Under the pieces are notes generated by a model. It was given only the letters and a program-made list of their open reading frames with translations. It did not search any database and was not told where the DNA came from. A DNA stretch of 64,000 bases from Acidobacteriota bacterium (GTDB lineage Bacteria; Acidobacteriota; UBA6911; RPQK01; JAJDTT01): positions 4,992,001-5,056,000 of the forward strand of contig OZ253580.1 of assembly GCA_965263035.1 (NCBI GenBank), in the 5' to 3' direction. Positions within the stretch are counted from its first letter, which is position 1, and the number at the start of each line of letters is the position of its first letter. Positions 40,234 through 51,239 of the stretch are shown here, piece by piece. The position numbers and the translations under genes were made by a program.

Positions 40234-41595
40234 TTGCAAATAACGAATAATAAAGAGAATAAAAGAATATTGGGTCAGAAGATGTACGACCGGGCCCGGG
40301 AGCTCATCCCCGGTGCGACGCAGCTTTACGGAAAGCGCCAGGAAATGACCGCTCCGGGGCAGTGGCCGGCATACTTCGCCCAGGCCCAGGGCTGCGAGAC
40401 CGTGGACGTGGATGGAAACCACTACCTCGACATGTCCATGGCCGGCATTGGCGCCACTCTCCTGGGATATGCTGATCCCGACGTGACCGAGGCGGTCATC
40501 CGGCGGGTGCGCAACGGTTGCATGTCTTCCTTGAATCCCCCCGATGAGGTGGAGTTGGCCGAACTGATGCTGGAACTCCACCCTTGGGCTCAGATGGTGC
40601 GGTTCGGGCGGCTTGGCGGAGAGAGCATGACCATCGCGGTGCGGATCGCCCGGGCCTATACCGGGCGGGACGCGGTGGCCTTCTGCGGCTACCACGGATG
40701 GCACGACTGGTACCTGGCCGCCAATCTTCCCGTCGACCGTAGCGAGGAGACGGTGGACCGGTTGGGCGGGGGTCACCTGATGCCGGGGCTGGAGCCGGCA
40801 GGCGTGCCCAGCGGACTGGCCGGCACGGCCATGCCGTTCACCTACAACAAGATCGAGGAGCTCCGAGCCATCGTGGACCGGCACGGCCCGAGACTGGCCG
40901 CCATCGTGATGGAGCCGACGCGCAACTACGACCCCGATCCCGGCTTTCTGGAGGAGATCCGGGAACTCGCCACCCGTTGCGGCGCCTGCCTGATCATGGA
41001 TGAGATCACCATCGGCTGGAGGCTCTGGCTGGGAGGCGCCCACCTCAAGTACGGGTTGGAGCCGGACCTGGCCGTGTTCGCCAAGACCACCGGGAACGGG
41101 CATCCCATCTCCGCGGTGGTGGGCCGGCGCGAGATCATGCAGGCGGCCCAGAACAGCTTCATCTCCAGCGCGCTCTGGACGGAGGCGGTGGGCCCCACGG
41201 CCGCCCTGGCCACCATCCGCAAGTTTCAGAGGGAGGACGTTCGCTCACACGTGGCTCGGATCGGGGAAGCGGCCAGACAGGGCCTGAAGGAGTTGGGAGA
41301 CCGGTGCGGTGTTCCCTTCGGCGCCACCGGTCATCCGGCCCTCACCTTTTATCACTTCGACCACCCCCAAGCGGCGGCTCTCCAGACTCTTTGGACCGTG
41401 CGCATGCTGGACCGGGGATTCCTCGTGGCCGGCGGCTTCTATCCCACTTTTGCCCACCAGGAGACGCACGTGGAGCAGTTCCTGGAGGCCTGCGAGCCGG
41501 TGTTCCAAGAATTGGCTGAGGCAATTCAGAAGGGAGATATCGAGCCGCGAATCGGCGGCCCGGTGAAACACACCGGGTTCCGCCGGCTGGTGTAA
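40234..41595 (+). CDS. Class III PLP aminotransferase (glutamate-1-semialdehyde aminomutase-like)
   Basis: DVDGN.YLD, GYHGWHDW, IVMEP, IMDEI..GWR, PDLAVFAK. TTG start chosen after AGGAG. Confidence 0.88.
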   Translation: MQITNNKENKRILGQKMYDRARELIPGATQLYGKRQEMTAPGQWPAYFAQAQGCETVDVDGNHYLDMSMAGIGATLLGYADPDVTEAVIRRVRNGCMSSLNPPDEVELAELMLELHPWAQMVRFGRLGGESMTIAVRIARAYTGRDAVAFCGYHGWHDWYLAANLPVDRSEETVDRLGGGHLMPGLEPAGVPSGLAGTAMPFTYNKIEELRAIVDRHGPRLAAIVMEPTRNYDPDPGFLEEIRELATRCGACLIMDEITIGWRLWLGGAHLKYGLEPDLAVFAKTTGNGHPISAVVGRREIMQAAQNSFISSALWTEAVGPTAALATIRKFQREDVRSHVARIGEAARQGLKELGDRCGVPFGATGHPALTFYHFDHPQAAALQTLWTVRMLDRGFLVAGGFYPTFAHQETHVEQFLEACEPVFQELAEAIQKGDIEPRIGGPVKHTGFRRLV

Positions 41596-41613
41596 ACTCC
41601 TTGGAATAATGTA

Positions 41614-41646
41614 GAAAGAGGGCGCCCCTTGTGGGCACCCTCTTTC
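41614..41646. terminator. Hairpin between convergent genes (possible bidirectional terminator)
   Basis: GAAAGAGGGCGCCC-CTTGT-GGGCACCCTCTTTC, a 14-bp stem with one mismatch. Confidence 0.55.
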
Positions 41647-41655
41647 GTCTTATCA

Positions 41656-41722
41656 GGAGGGGCGACTTCCAGTCGCCCCTCCTTGCTCCGGCCGGAGTTC
41701 GGCGGTTGGAAACCGCCGCTCC
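41656..41722. repeat. Intact inverted REP pair (REPIN-like)
   Basis: GGAGGGGCGACT-TCC-AGTCGCCCCTCC followed by the inverted unit GGCGGTTGGAAACCGCCGCTCC. Lies between convergent genes. Same family as the split site at 17356/23615. Confidence 0.85.
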
Positions 41723-41739
41723 CGCGTGTCGCTTGGCGC

Positions 41740-43059
41740 TCAGCCCGCCTGGATGGTCCGCTTCGCCGGATCGAAGGTCATGCGACGTCCGTTCCAGTAG
41801 GCGTCGTTGGACATGATGCAGGCGATGGAATGGGCGTAGCCAGCGTCGACCGTGCAGTAGAGACTCTTGGGATCCTGCCGCCGGACCGCATCGAGCCAGT
41901 TGGCCATGTGGCTGACTTCGCCCGGGGCATCGGGCACCCCGACCATATCGGCCACCTTCCCCTCGGCCTTGACGCCCTTGCCCGAGAATTGCCAACCGTG
42001 GGAAGGATCGGCGTTGGGCTCCTCCTTGCCCTGTTTCCAATCCATCCCGCCGCCGGGAGAGAAGCTGCCCAGGGTGCCGTGGACCTGCGTCGCCTTGCCG
42101 TAGCCGTTGATGAGATTGGTGGAGTAGACGGCCATGAGTTTATTGCCGTCCTTCTCGTACTCGAGAGCGACTTCCAAGGTGTCCGGATTCTCTCTCCAGT
42201 CCTTATACTTGTAGATGCCGCCGTGGGCCACGGCGCTCAACGGAGTCGTCACGCCGGCCAACATGTGGGCCAGGTCGATTCCGTGAGTCATCCACTGGTC
42301 GATGATGCCGCTGGAGAAGTCCTTCCAGAGGCGGAAGCAGCGGAAGATCCTGGGATCGAAGGGGCGGTGGGGTTTCCCCATGAGCCAGCTGTTCCAATCC
42401 ACGTCGCTCTCTTTGACCATGGAGCGCTGGTCGGCTCGCCCGGCCCAACGGTAGGGACTGTAGGCGTTCCATAGGATATCCACCTTGACCACGTCGCCGA
42501 TGATTCCGTCGGCGATCATCTTGGCGGCCTGCCGGTACTTGGGCCAGGAGCGCCTCTGGGTCCCGATCTGAACGATGGTTCCGGCCTTCCTCACCGCGTC
42601 CAGGGCGTCGTTGGCCTCCTCCAGGACGTTGGACATGGGCTTCTCGCAGTAGGCGTCCTTGCCGGCTTCGGCGGCCGCCTTCAGGATCTGGGCGTGGGCG
42701 TGGTCGGGAGTCGCGATGATGACGGCATCCAGATCGGCGTCGGCCAGGATCTCTTCGTGGTGACGGTACACCTTGGGAGCCTGCCCCTGCTTTTCCGTGA
42801 CGAACTTGGAGGATTCTTCACGCCGGTAGCTCCAGAGATCGGCGACCGCCGTCAGGTGAGCGTTGAAGCGATGGTTCTGGGCGAAGAAGTTCTTGAGAAG
42901 GGACGTGCCGCGGCCGCCCGGACCTATGATTCCCACGTTGATCCGATTGTTCACGTTGCGGGCGCTGGCGATTCCGGGGAACCCGGCGACGGCCAATCCT
43001 GCCCCCACTCCAGTGGAGCGAGACAGAAATCGACGGCGGCTGATGGATGACTTGCTCAT
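41740..43059 (-). CDS. Tat-exported Gfo/Idh/MocA oxidoreductase
   Basis: SRRRFL signal, IIGPGGRG, IATPDHAH, YCEKP, QIGTQRRS, H..NWLDAVR. Confidence 0.92.
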   Translation of the reverse strand: MSKSSISRRRFLSRSTGVGAGLAVAGFPGIASARNVNNRINVGIIGPGGRGTSLLKNFFAQNHRFNAHLTAVADLWSYRREESSKFVTEKQGQAPKVYRHHEEILADADLDAVIIATPDHAHAQILKAAAEAGKDAYCEKPMSNVLEEANDALDAVRKAGTIVQIGTQRRSWPKYRQAAKMIADGIIGDVVKVDILWNAYSPYRWAGRADQRSMVKESDVDWNSWLMGKPHRPFDPRIFRCFRLWKDFSSGIIDQWMTHGIDLAHMLAGVTTPLSAVAHGGIYKYKDWRENPDTLEVALEYEKDGNKLMAVYSTNLINGYGKATQVHGTLGSFSPGGGMDWKQGKEEPNADPSHGWQFSGKGVKAEGKVADMVGVPDAPGEVSHMANWLDAVRRQDPKSLYCTVDAGYAHSIACIMSNDAYWNGRRMTFDPAKRTIQAG

Positions 43060-43184
43060 GACGACTCCTTTTTTCCGGTGCATGGCTCCCGGTCCGAGGG
43101 CGCTCGGAAACGGGAATGAGAAGATTATGGACGCCGGCCCCTGCGGTCGACTGCCGCCATATTAGCCGAATCTCCTCCGGCGGT

Positions 43185-44424
43185 TCAAGCATCCGCGGCC
43201 AGACGTGCCACCGTCGCCCACAGTCCCGAGGGGAGGTACTTGTCCCATCCCGACCAACTCTCGATGGACGTGGACTCCCAGAGGACGACCCCCTCGGCTC
43301 CCGCCTCCCGAGCCGCCCGAACGCCCGATTCCAGCCGTGCCGAGCCCTCCTGCAGTCCCAACTGGTCCAGGTTGTAGCAGTAGATTCCGGCCAGGATGCC
43401 GCCCCCGCCATCGGCCGACTGCCTGGCCTGGCGAATCTGCCGTGTCACGGCCTGCGGGTCCAGCCGCGCCAAGTTCCATTCGGGCAGCATGATGTGGGCC
43501 TCCTGGCAGAGTCCCTTGGCGAGCCACGAGGTCCAGTCCACCAGCGCGCCCTTCAGGGCGTCGGTTCGGATCCGCCAGAGGCTCGTCTCCTCCAGGAGCC
43601 CGTCACGGACGTAGCGGGGCCAGTCGGGAAGGACCTGACTCAAGGGACTCTCCGGCGACGCCAGCACGCTCACGGGATATTCGCCACTCTTGGTCCGCCG
43701 CTGCCGGTCCAGCTCTGCCATGAAACGGGTGACGTACGCGGCCCGGTGGCGAATCCAGGAATCGGCGTGGTTGGGTTGCTCCCTGGGATCGATCCCATGG
43801 TCCCGCCGGTAACTCTCCAGGGCCGGCGCCTCATAGCCGTAACGACAGACGCCCCACCGGTCCAGTTGCGGAGGCAGGTTCTCGTCGATCCGGGGCAGTT
43901 GGCGGACGAAGTCCAACAGGACGCCCCGGAAACCGTAGGACATGAGTTCCTCGACGACCGACAGCTTGTGGCGCCGCACTTCGGGATAGGCGAAGCTGAG
44001 CCGGGAGGACCTCCGGTGTCCGTCCCGGGCCACCGCATGGTACTGGGGATGCTCCCGGGCGAAACGGGTCAGCGAGACCTGGCCGTGGGACTCTTCGTAG
44101 AGGCTGTACCAGACCCAGGGCTCCAGGCCGGCTCCGAGAGTGCACTCCACGGCCTCCTCCAGCAGGTTCCAGGTCGAGTAGTCCGTTTCGGCCAGCGTGA
44201 CCTTCCAGTATTCGGGTGCCTCGCACGCTTCTCGGTCCTCGCCCCGATAAGGTGTTCTCGAGAGGGCTGGGGTAGAAGACTCGGGAGCCGCAGTTGGCTC
44301 TCCAGTAGATCCTGCGGATACCCCCCGCGGCGCAGGCGTCCGCGATCCTGCGGACCCCCACCCTCCCCCAATTGCCCCAGGCGGCGGCCCAGTCGGGGTG
44401 CGTGACCACGGTATCGATGACCAT
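43185..44424 (-). pseudogene. Glycoside-hydrolase-like (GHL10/DUF187) protein with a frameshift near 44255
   Basis: N-terminus (GIRRIYWR...VFYPS) is in frame 43831-44424. The remainder (LSFAYPEVR, YGFRGVLLDFVR, YGYE) is in frame 43185-45200. Confidence 0.7.
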
Positions 44425-44428
44425 CGGT

Positions 44429-45490
44429 TCAAGTGAGCGCCGGGTCGGCTCCTAGGTCCCGGAAATCGTGGATCAGCGCGTCGACGTCCTCGTCCCGGGT
44501 GTCCCAGCTGCACATGAAGCGGGCGGCGCCGCCGGGCATGATTCCCACCGTCCAGCCCCGTTGCCTCAGGGCCGCTGCCAGCGCGGGCTCGAGACGGACG
44601 AATACGCCATTGGCTTCCCGCGGGTAGGGTATGGAGATGCCCTCCAACCGTCTCAAGCCCCGCTCCAACCGGGCGGCGCAGGCATTGGCGTGCCGGGCGT
44701 TGCGGAGCCAGGCGCCGCTCTTGAGAAGGGCCGTCCAGGGCGCCGACAGGAAACGCATCTTGGAAGCGACCTGGCCCGATTGCTTCCAACGATACTCGAA
44801 GCCCGAGGCCAGCTCCCGATCGAAGAAGACGATCGCCTCCCCCTGGTGGAGTCCATTCTTGGTGCAGCCGAAGGAGAGGACGTCGACACCCGCTCTCCAG
44901 GTCGTGTCGGCCGGCTCGCAGTCCAGGTGGATCAGGGCATTTGCCAGACGGGCCCCGTCCATGTGGACCCGGAGTCCCAATTCGCGGCTCAGGTTGGAGA
45001 TCTCCCGGAGCCGCTCCAGGCTGTAGACGGTTCCCATCTCCGTGGCCTGGGTCAGACTGACGAGCCGGGGGGCGGGATATTGGAAGTCGCGGGTTCGGGT
45101 CTCGACCGCGTACCGGATGCCGGCGGCGTCCAGTTTTCCGTGCTCTCCAGGTAGGGGCAGCACCTTGGAGCCGCCGCTGAAGAACTCCGGACCGCCGCAT
45201 TCCCCCAGGTCGAGATGAGCCGTCTCGTGACAGATGGCCAGCTCATAGCTCCGGCAGAGATGAGCCACCGCCAGCGAGTTGGCAGCCGAACCGGTGAAGA
45301 CGAAGTAGATTCGGCAATCGGTGGAGAAAACGTCCTGAATGGCGGCGCGCGCCTCCTGGGTATAGGAGTCGAAGCCGTAGGCGGGAGCGTGTCCCCGATT
45401 GGCACGATCCAATGCCTCCCACGCCTCGGGGCAGATGCCCGTATTCGTGTCGCTCGCGAACCCGCGAATCCGGCTATTCCGTATAACCAT
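44429..45490 (-). CDS. ltaE: Low-specificity L-threonine aldolase
   Basis: FASDT, YG.D.YT, GSAAN, TQATE.GTVY, HMDGAR.ANA, GVDVLSFG.TKNG, SKMRF. Confidence 0.88.
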   Translation of the reverse strand: MVIRNSRIRGFASDTNTGICPEAWEALDRANRGHAPAYGFDSYTQEARAAIQDVFSTDCRIYFVFTGSAANSLAVAHLCRSYELAICHETAHLDLGECGGPEFFSGGSKVLPLPGEHGKLDAAGIRYAVETRTRDFQYPAPRLVSLTQATEMGTVYSLERLREISNLSRELGLRVHMDGARLANALIHLDCEPADTTWRAGVDVLSFGCTKNGLHQGEAIVFFDRELASGFEYRWKQSGQVASKMRFLSAPWTALLKSGAWLRNARHANACAARLERGLRRLEGISIPYPREANGVFVRLEPALAAALRQRGWTVGIMPGGAARFMCSWDTRDEDVDALIHDFRDLGADPALT

Positions 45491-45641
45491 GTTTTCTCCG
45501 TGCGTTTCGTTTCAGGAGCGGTTTCAGCACGCTTCCCGAGGCTTCTTGACACTGCAAGTGGCTTGATAGAGCATTTGCGCAATTCGCATTCCCGAGACGG
45601 ACCGCGAAGACTTGGCACGCAGGCGCAGACGCCGAGGACTC

Positions 45642-46808
45642 ATGACCACAGGCATCGACTGGAATCCGAATCTGGCCCAGCTTCCGTTTTCTCCCATACG
45701 CAAGTATTTCAACACCGCCGCCGCCATGGAAGATGTGGTCCATCTCTCCATCGGCCAGCCCGATTTTCCGACTCCCTCCCATATCGTCGAGGCACACGTC
45801 CAAGCGCTTCGGGAGGGTAAGACGCGGTATGAGCTGGACGCCGGCCTGCCCCGGCTCCGGGAGGCCGTCGCCGACTGGTACAATCTCCGCTACGGCATCG
45901 ATCTCGGGCCCGACAACGTCCTCATCACCACCGGATGTTGCCAAGCCATGTTCATGGCTCTCACCGCCGCTGTCAAACCGGGCATGGAGGTGATCGTGGT
46001 GGAGCCGGTCTTCATCCTGGTCCACATCATTCGCATGGCCGGAGGCATCCCTCGGCCCCTGGTCACGACGGCCGGGGAAGGGTACCAGTTGGATCCGCAG
46101 GCGGTAATCGACGCCATCAACGAACGCACCTGCGCCATCATGATCAACTCCCCGGGGAATCCGACGGGAGCCATCTATCCCGCGGAGACGATCCGCGCCA
46201 TCAGCGAGGCGGCGGCCGAGCGGGGCTTGGCGCTGATCAGCGACGAGGTCTACGAGTGCCTCATTCTCGACGACGTGGAGTACGCCAGCGCCTTGACCTG
46301 CTCCCCGGCGCTGGATCATGTGATCGTGGCCAGCAGCGTGTCCAAGACCTATTCCATGGCCGGTCTGCGTCTGGGATGGGCCATCTCCAGCACCCGGAAC
46401 ATCGTGGACCTTCAGCGCTACCACATGTTCATCAGCACCACCGAGAACACGGCTTCCCAGTGGGCCGTCGTGGCGGCACTGGAAGGGGACCAGAGTTGCG
46501 TCGACGAGATGGTCCGGCAATACCGCAGGCGCCGGGACCGGATCGTGGAGCTGGTTAATCAGGCGCCCTCTCTGACCGGCTACAAGCCGGGGGGTGCGTT
46601 CTTCATCATGCCCTTCCTTCCCGAGGGAGCCGATGGATTCGACGTGGCCATGCAGATGCTCCGGGAGGCCCGTGTCTGCACCATCCCGGGAGGCGCGTTC
46701 GGCCGATCCTGCAACAACGCCCTGCGGATCAGCTTCGCCACCTCTATGGACGAAATCGAAAAGGCATTCGAAAGGATGATTCCATGGCTCGAGAAACAAT
46801 CATTCTGA
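45642..46808 (+). CDS. Class I/II PLP aminotransferase
   Basis: LSIGQPDF.TP, NSPGNPTG, SDEVY, SKTYSMAGLRLG, LRISFA. Confidence 0.92.
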   Translation: MTTGIDWNPNLAQLPFSPIRKYFNTAAAMEDVVHLSIGQPDFPTPSHIVEAHVQALREGKTRYELDAGLPRLREAVADWYNLRYGIDLGPDNVLITTGCCQAMFMALTAAVKPGMEVIVVEPVFILVHIIRMAGGIPRPLVTTAGEGYQLDPQAVIDAINERTCAIMINSPGNPTGAIYPAETIRAISEAAAERGLALISDEVYECLILDDVEYASALTCSPALDHVIVASSVSKTYSMAGLRLGWAISSTRNIVDLQRYHMFISTTENTASQWAVVAALEGDQSCVDEMVRQYRRRRDRIVELVNQAPSLTGYKPGGAFFIMPFLPEGADGFDVAMQMLREARVCTIPGGAFGRSCNNALRISFATSMDEIEKAFERMIPWLEKQSF

Positions 46809-47779
46809 CCCGCAAGGACATCGGTTCCCGAATCGACATCAAGGCCGCCATCCCCGCCATCGAGCACGCCATGGGAGAGTTCGAGCGGGGTAATGATTTC
46901 CTCCCGCCCAAGGCCATCTATCCGTTGTCGATTCCCGGGACGAGCGGGGGCATGGCGGCCTGCATCACCGGCTATACCGAGGCCGCCGACCTGCTTTCCA
47001 TGAAGGTCGGCCAGGAACGGGCCGACAACCTGGAATGGGGTCTGCCCACCACCAACAGCTGGATCGCGGCATTCGATCCCCGGACCGGAGAGCTCCTGAT
47101 GATCTGCGACGGCACCCTGCCCACCATGTACCGGACCGGTGCGGCTGCGGCGGTGAGCGCGAAGCACTTGAGCCGTCCCGATTCGGCGACGCTGGCCGTG
47201 ATCGGCGCCGGACAGTTGGGACGCCAGTGCCTGCGGGCGGTCAGCTCGGTCCGGCCCTTCAGCCGGATCTACCTCCACGATATGCGCCGGGAAGCGGCCG
47301 AGCAGGTGAGCCGCGAACTCGCCGGTGAGGCGCCGGCGCCGATCCAGGTGGCGGAGGCCGAGGAGGCGTGCCGCGGGGCGGACGTCATCGTAACCGCGAC
47401 CACCAGCCGCCGGCCCATCGTCCAGTCCGATTGGGTGCGGCCCGGAACTCACCTCTGCTGCATGGGTTCGGATCTGGCGGAGAAGATCGAATGTGAAATG
47501 GAGTTGATGCCCCGCTGCCGGCTTTTCGCCGACTTTGTCGAGCATGCTCTGGTTCGGGGCGAGGTGAGTCAGGCGGTGGAGGCCGGAATCCTGGGCCAGG
47601 ACTGCTATGCCGGCTCGCTGGGCCAGGTCATCAACGGGGACGTCGCGGGCCGGACGGACGAGGATCAGATCACCCTCTATGACGGAGTGGGGATCGGCAT
47701 CCAGGACACCACGATCGCTCGCACCATTTTCCAGCAGGCCCGCGACCAGGATCTGGGCGTCCACATCGCCTTTTCCTGA
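46784..47779 (+). CDS. Ornithine cyclodeaminase/mu-crystallin family protein
   Basis: RTGAAAAV, IGAGQLG, ADVIVTAT, G.GIQD. Confidence 0.9.
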   Translation: MARETIILTRKDIGSRIDIKAAIPAIEHAMGEFERGNDFLPPKAIYPLSIPGTSGGMAACITGYTEAADLLSMKVGQERADNLEWGLPTTNSWIAAFDPRTGELLMICDGTLPTMYRTGAAAAVSAKHLSRPDSATLAVIGAGQLGRQCLRAVSSVRPFSRIYLHDMRREAAEQVSRELAGEAPAPIQVAEAEEACRGADVIVTATTSRRPIVQSDWVRPGTHLCCMGSDLAEKIECEMELMPRCRLFADFVEHALVRGEVSQAVEAGILGQDCYAGSLGQVINGDVAGRTDEDQITLYDGVGIGIQDTTIARTIFQQARDQDLGVHIAFS

Positions 47780-47819
47780 GGGGGCCGGTGGAGGATAAAC
47801 ACGGGGGCATCGACGGGAG

Positions 47820-49202
47820 GTGCAAATGAAAGGCAGAAGTTGGTCGCGCCGTTTCTTTCTTGGCGCCTCGGCCGCGTTCGCAGGCGCCCGGCTTACGGGC
47901 CGGGCGGCCTCGGCGCCGCTGACAAAAACGACTCGAGACGATCGGCTGGCTCTGCTGGGAGGAACTCCGGTCCGGTCGCGGCCCTTCAGCTCGTGGCCGA
48001 TCCTCGAAGACGGCGACCGGAAGATCTGGAAAGAAGTGCTGGAAACGCGGCGCTGGAACCGCAGGGGCGGCAGCTACGTCGAGCGTTTCGAGGCGGAGTG
48101 GAAGGATCGGCTGGGTGCCAGGTACGTCGTCGCCACCTCCAGCGGGACCAGCGCCCTCTACACTTCATTGAAGGCCTTGGGCGTGGGACCCGGAGACGAG
48201 GTCATCGTCCCCCCATATACCTTCGTAGCCACCATCAACGTGGTTCTGCTCTGCCACGCTCTCCCCATTTTCGCGGACTCGGATCGGGAGACTTCCCAGA
48301 TGGATGCGTCACGAATCGAGGGCGCGGTGACCGGCCGGACCCGAGCCGTCATCCCGGTGCATCTGGGAGGCAACGTGTGTGACCTGGACCGGATCCTGGA
48401 GATTTCCCGGAATCGGGAGATTCGGGTAGTGGAAGACGCCTGTCAGGCCCATCTGGCGGAATGGAGAGGACGCCGGGTGGGAACCTTGGGAGATCTGGGT
48501 TGCTTCAGCTTTCAGGCGTCCAAGAATCTGAATTGCGGAGAGGGGGGAGCGATTACCGGTAACGACCCCGAACTGGTCGCGATCTGCACCAGCTTCCAGG
48601 ACGCCGGGCGGGGCTACCAGGCGACGTCCGAGGGACGCCTGGAGCGAGCGGCCGCACCGTTGGCCCACGTGCGAAGCGGCGACAACCGGCGCATGACCGA
48701 ATTTCAGGGGGCGCTGCTGGTGGCCCAATTGCAGCGCCTCGACGCCCAGACTCGACTTCGAAGGGAGAACGCTGCCTACCTGACTCGGCTGTTCCACGAG
48801 ATTCCCGGCATCGAGCCCTCGCGGCAATATGAGGGCTGCACCGGCAATGCTTATCACCTGTACATGTTCCGCTACCGGCCCGAGGCTTTTTCCGGTCTTC
48901 CGAGGAACCGTTTCCTGGAAGCGCTTCGGGCGGAGGGGTTTCGCTGTTCTCCCGGCTACCGTCCACTGAACCGGGAGCCGTTCCTGGAGCGGGCCGTCCA
49001 GTCCCGAGCCTTTCGGAGGATCTATCCGGAAAAGGTGCTCAAGGAGTGGCCCGAGCGGAATCGTTGCCCCGGGAACGATCTTCTTTGCGAAGAGGCCGTC
49101 TGGATGGGACAATCCGTCTTTCTGGGTTCGCGTTCCGATATGGAGGAGATCGCGGCGGCAGTCCGGAAAGTCAGGAGACTCGCGTCGACCCTGGTGGGGT
49201 AG
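47820..49202 (+). CDS. DegT/DnrJ/EryC1/StrS aminotransferase with Tat-like N-terminus
   Basis: [40 protein letters not shown]...GEGG, N.RMTEFQ. Confidence 0.92.
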   Translation: MQMKGRSWSRRFFLGASAAFAGARLTGRAASAPLTKTTRDDRLALLGGTPVRSRPFSSWPILEDGDRKIWKEVLETRRWNRRGGSYVERFEAEWKDRLGARYVVATSSGTSALYTSLKALGVGPGDEVIVPPYTFVATINVVLLCHALPIFADSDRETSQMDASRIEGAVTGRTRAVIPVHLGGNVCDLDRILEISRNREIRVVEDACQAHLAEWRGRRVGTLGDLGCFSFQASKNLNCGEGGAITGNDPELVAICTSFQDAGRGYQATSEGRLERAAAPLAHVRSGDNRRMTEFQGALLVAQLQRLDAQTRLRRENAAYLTRLFHEIPGIEPSRQYEGCTGNAYHLYMFRYRPEAFSGLPRNRFLEALRAEGFRCSPGYRPLNREPFLERAVQSRAFRRIYPEKVLKEWPERNRCPGNDLLCEEAVWMGQSVFLGSRSDMEEIAAAVRKVRRLASTLVG

Positions 49203-49386
49203 GAGAATGCCCTATTGGTCGCTTGGAGAGAACCTCCGCAGCTTGGGGTCGAAACTTGTACAAGCAGGTCCGGCTCAAGTAAACTTGGTGTTTGAAATCC
49301 CTTAAGAGCATCCTCGAGTCGTTATTTTCTAGTTTGCGAACGGTGGCAAAGGGCCGACTAGCGGACCCTGAATCAAGGAAGCCTTC

Positions 49387-50910
49387 ATGAACATCTTGCT
49401 GTACAACCCCGACAACCAGGTGACGAAGAACTACATGCCGCATCTGTGGATGTTTGTCCTGCAGGCCGTGACGCCTCCGGGGCACAAGGTGTTCCTGATC
49501 GACGGGAACGCCCAGCCCATGACCCGGGCGGACATCATTGAATTCGTCAAGGAGAACGATATCAAGCTGGCCGGCATCGGGGCCATGACCCGCATGGCGG
49601 CGCGCGCGTACCAGATGGCCGACGCCATTCGGTCGGCGGGTGCCAAGGTCGTGATGGGGGGACCTCACGTGACCGAGGTTCCTGACGAGCCGATCGGAAG
49701 GAGCGGCGAACCTCGCCACGCCGACGCGGTGGCTCTGGGGGAAGCGGATAATCTCTGGGCCAAGATCGTGGCCGATGCGGAGGCGGGTCAGCTTCAAGAA
49801 GTCTACAAGCCAGTCGATGAAACGGGCCATGAGATCAAGCCCTCTTTGGACGACTACCCCCACATTCCATGGGAAGATCTGGACTTGAGTCAGTTCGACC
49901 TCATGTCCAAGATCCCCAACTGGGGCCGCTACCTGCTGACGAAAGCGGGAAACACTTGGACGAGCCTTTACATCGTACCCATCGAGTCCGGCAGGGGCTG
50001 TCCGTACGGATGCGACTTCTGCACCGTCACCGGGTTCTTCGGCGACTCCATTCGCTTCCGAAGCGATCAGAGCGTCGTTGACGAGATGCTGCGGCTCAAG
50101 GCCCGGGCCCGAAAGGAGGGCGGCAGAGTCGGCGTTTTCTTCATCGACGACAACTTCGCCCTCAACAAGCGGCGGACCAAATCGCTACTCCGGGCCATCA
50201 TCGCCCAGGGTGCCCAAATTCCGTGGGTGGCGCAGATCAGCGTGAATCTGCTGAAGGACGAAGAGCTGGTAGACCTGATCAAAGAGAGTGGTGGCCGATG
50301 GATTTTCATGGGTCTCGAGTCGGTTGACGACGAGAATCTCAAGGGAGTGAACAAGGGCTTCAATAATCCCACGCAATACGCGGAGGTCCTGGACCGCCTC
50401 GCCAGACGGGGAATTTACTCCATCACCTCCTTCATCTTCGGGATGGACGGCGATCGTCCGGGAGTGGCCCGGAAGACCCTGGACATCATCGACAGCTGGC
50501 CTCCGGGGCTACCCGTATTCGGCTTGCTGACGCCCTATCCCGCAACGCCGTTGTATGATCGTTTGCTGGCGCAGGATCGGCTGACCCGTCCCAAACACTG
50601 GCTCGATTTCAGGCCTTTCCGCATGGCTTTCACTCCCAAAAAAATCAGCATCAAGGCGGCCGAAGCCGAAGTTCACGAAGCCTGGAGCCGGTCTTACTCA
50701 CCCCAGACCACGGCCCAGGCATTGAAGAAAATAGAGGGGCGTCCCTTCCACGAACGAACGTTGATGTTCTTCACGCGGCTGGCGTTCCGGGGCATCTACT
50801 TTCCTCAGATGAAGAAGCGGCATTGGATCCTGTTGCTCTGGCAGAACCGGTCCAGTTTCATGCGCATTCTTTCCGAGGGCATCCGAGAACTTCGCCGGAC
50901 GAGAGCCTAG
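49387..50910 (+). CDS. B12-binding-domain radical SAM protein
   Basis: V.MGG.H, GEA, RGCPYGCDFC (CxxxCxxC), FIDDN, GLES, TPYPATPLY. Confidence 0.9.
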   Translation: MNILLYNPDNQVTKNYMPHLWMFVLQAVTPPGHKVFLIDGNAQPMTRADIIEFVKENDIKLAGIGAMTRMAARAYQMADAIRSAGAKVVMGGPHVTEVPDEPIGRSGEPRHADAVALGEADNLWAKIVADAEAGQLQEVYKPVDETGHEIKPSLDDYPHIPWEDLDLSQFDLMSKIPNWGRYLLTKAGNTWTSLYIVPIESGRGCPYGCDFCTVTGFFGDSIRFRSDQSVVDEMLRLKARARKEGGRVGVFFIDDNFALNKRRTKSLLRAIIAQGAQIPWVAQISVNLLKDEELVDLIKESGGRWIFMGLESVDDENLKGVNKGFNNPTQYAEVLDRLARRGIYSITSFIFGMDGDRPGVARKTLDIIDSWPPGLPVFGLLTPYPATPLYDRLLAQDRLTRPKHWLDFRPFRMAFTPKKISIKAAEAEVHEAWSRSYSPQTTAQALKKIEGRPFHERTLMFFTRLAFRGIYFPQMKKRHWILLLWQNRSSFMRILSEGIRELRRTRA

Positions 50911-51239
50911 CTCGCGTTGCAATGTCGCCTCCTCCTGAACGGTGGCGGCGTTTCAGGGTCCCATGCCGCTCTTTTGTTGACGAGCGGCTGCGACCGCCAA
51001 TCTCCGGCACCAGCCTGGATCATCGTCCCGGTTGAACCTCAGACTCACGGAGGCTCTGTTCCAGTCCCTTTTTCGGGGTTTTGCGATGGGTGGCCGCCAG
51101 CGTCGGCGGGCGACTTTTTTTCGGGGGAGAAGGGTACAATAACGCCGTCCGAGCGAGAGTTGGCTGATCGACGGCTGTGGTGCCGGTGCAGAAGATCCGG
51201 TCGCCGGTACGGTTGTGTTTTTTCTAGTGTCTGGGAGTC

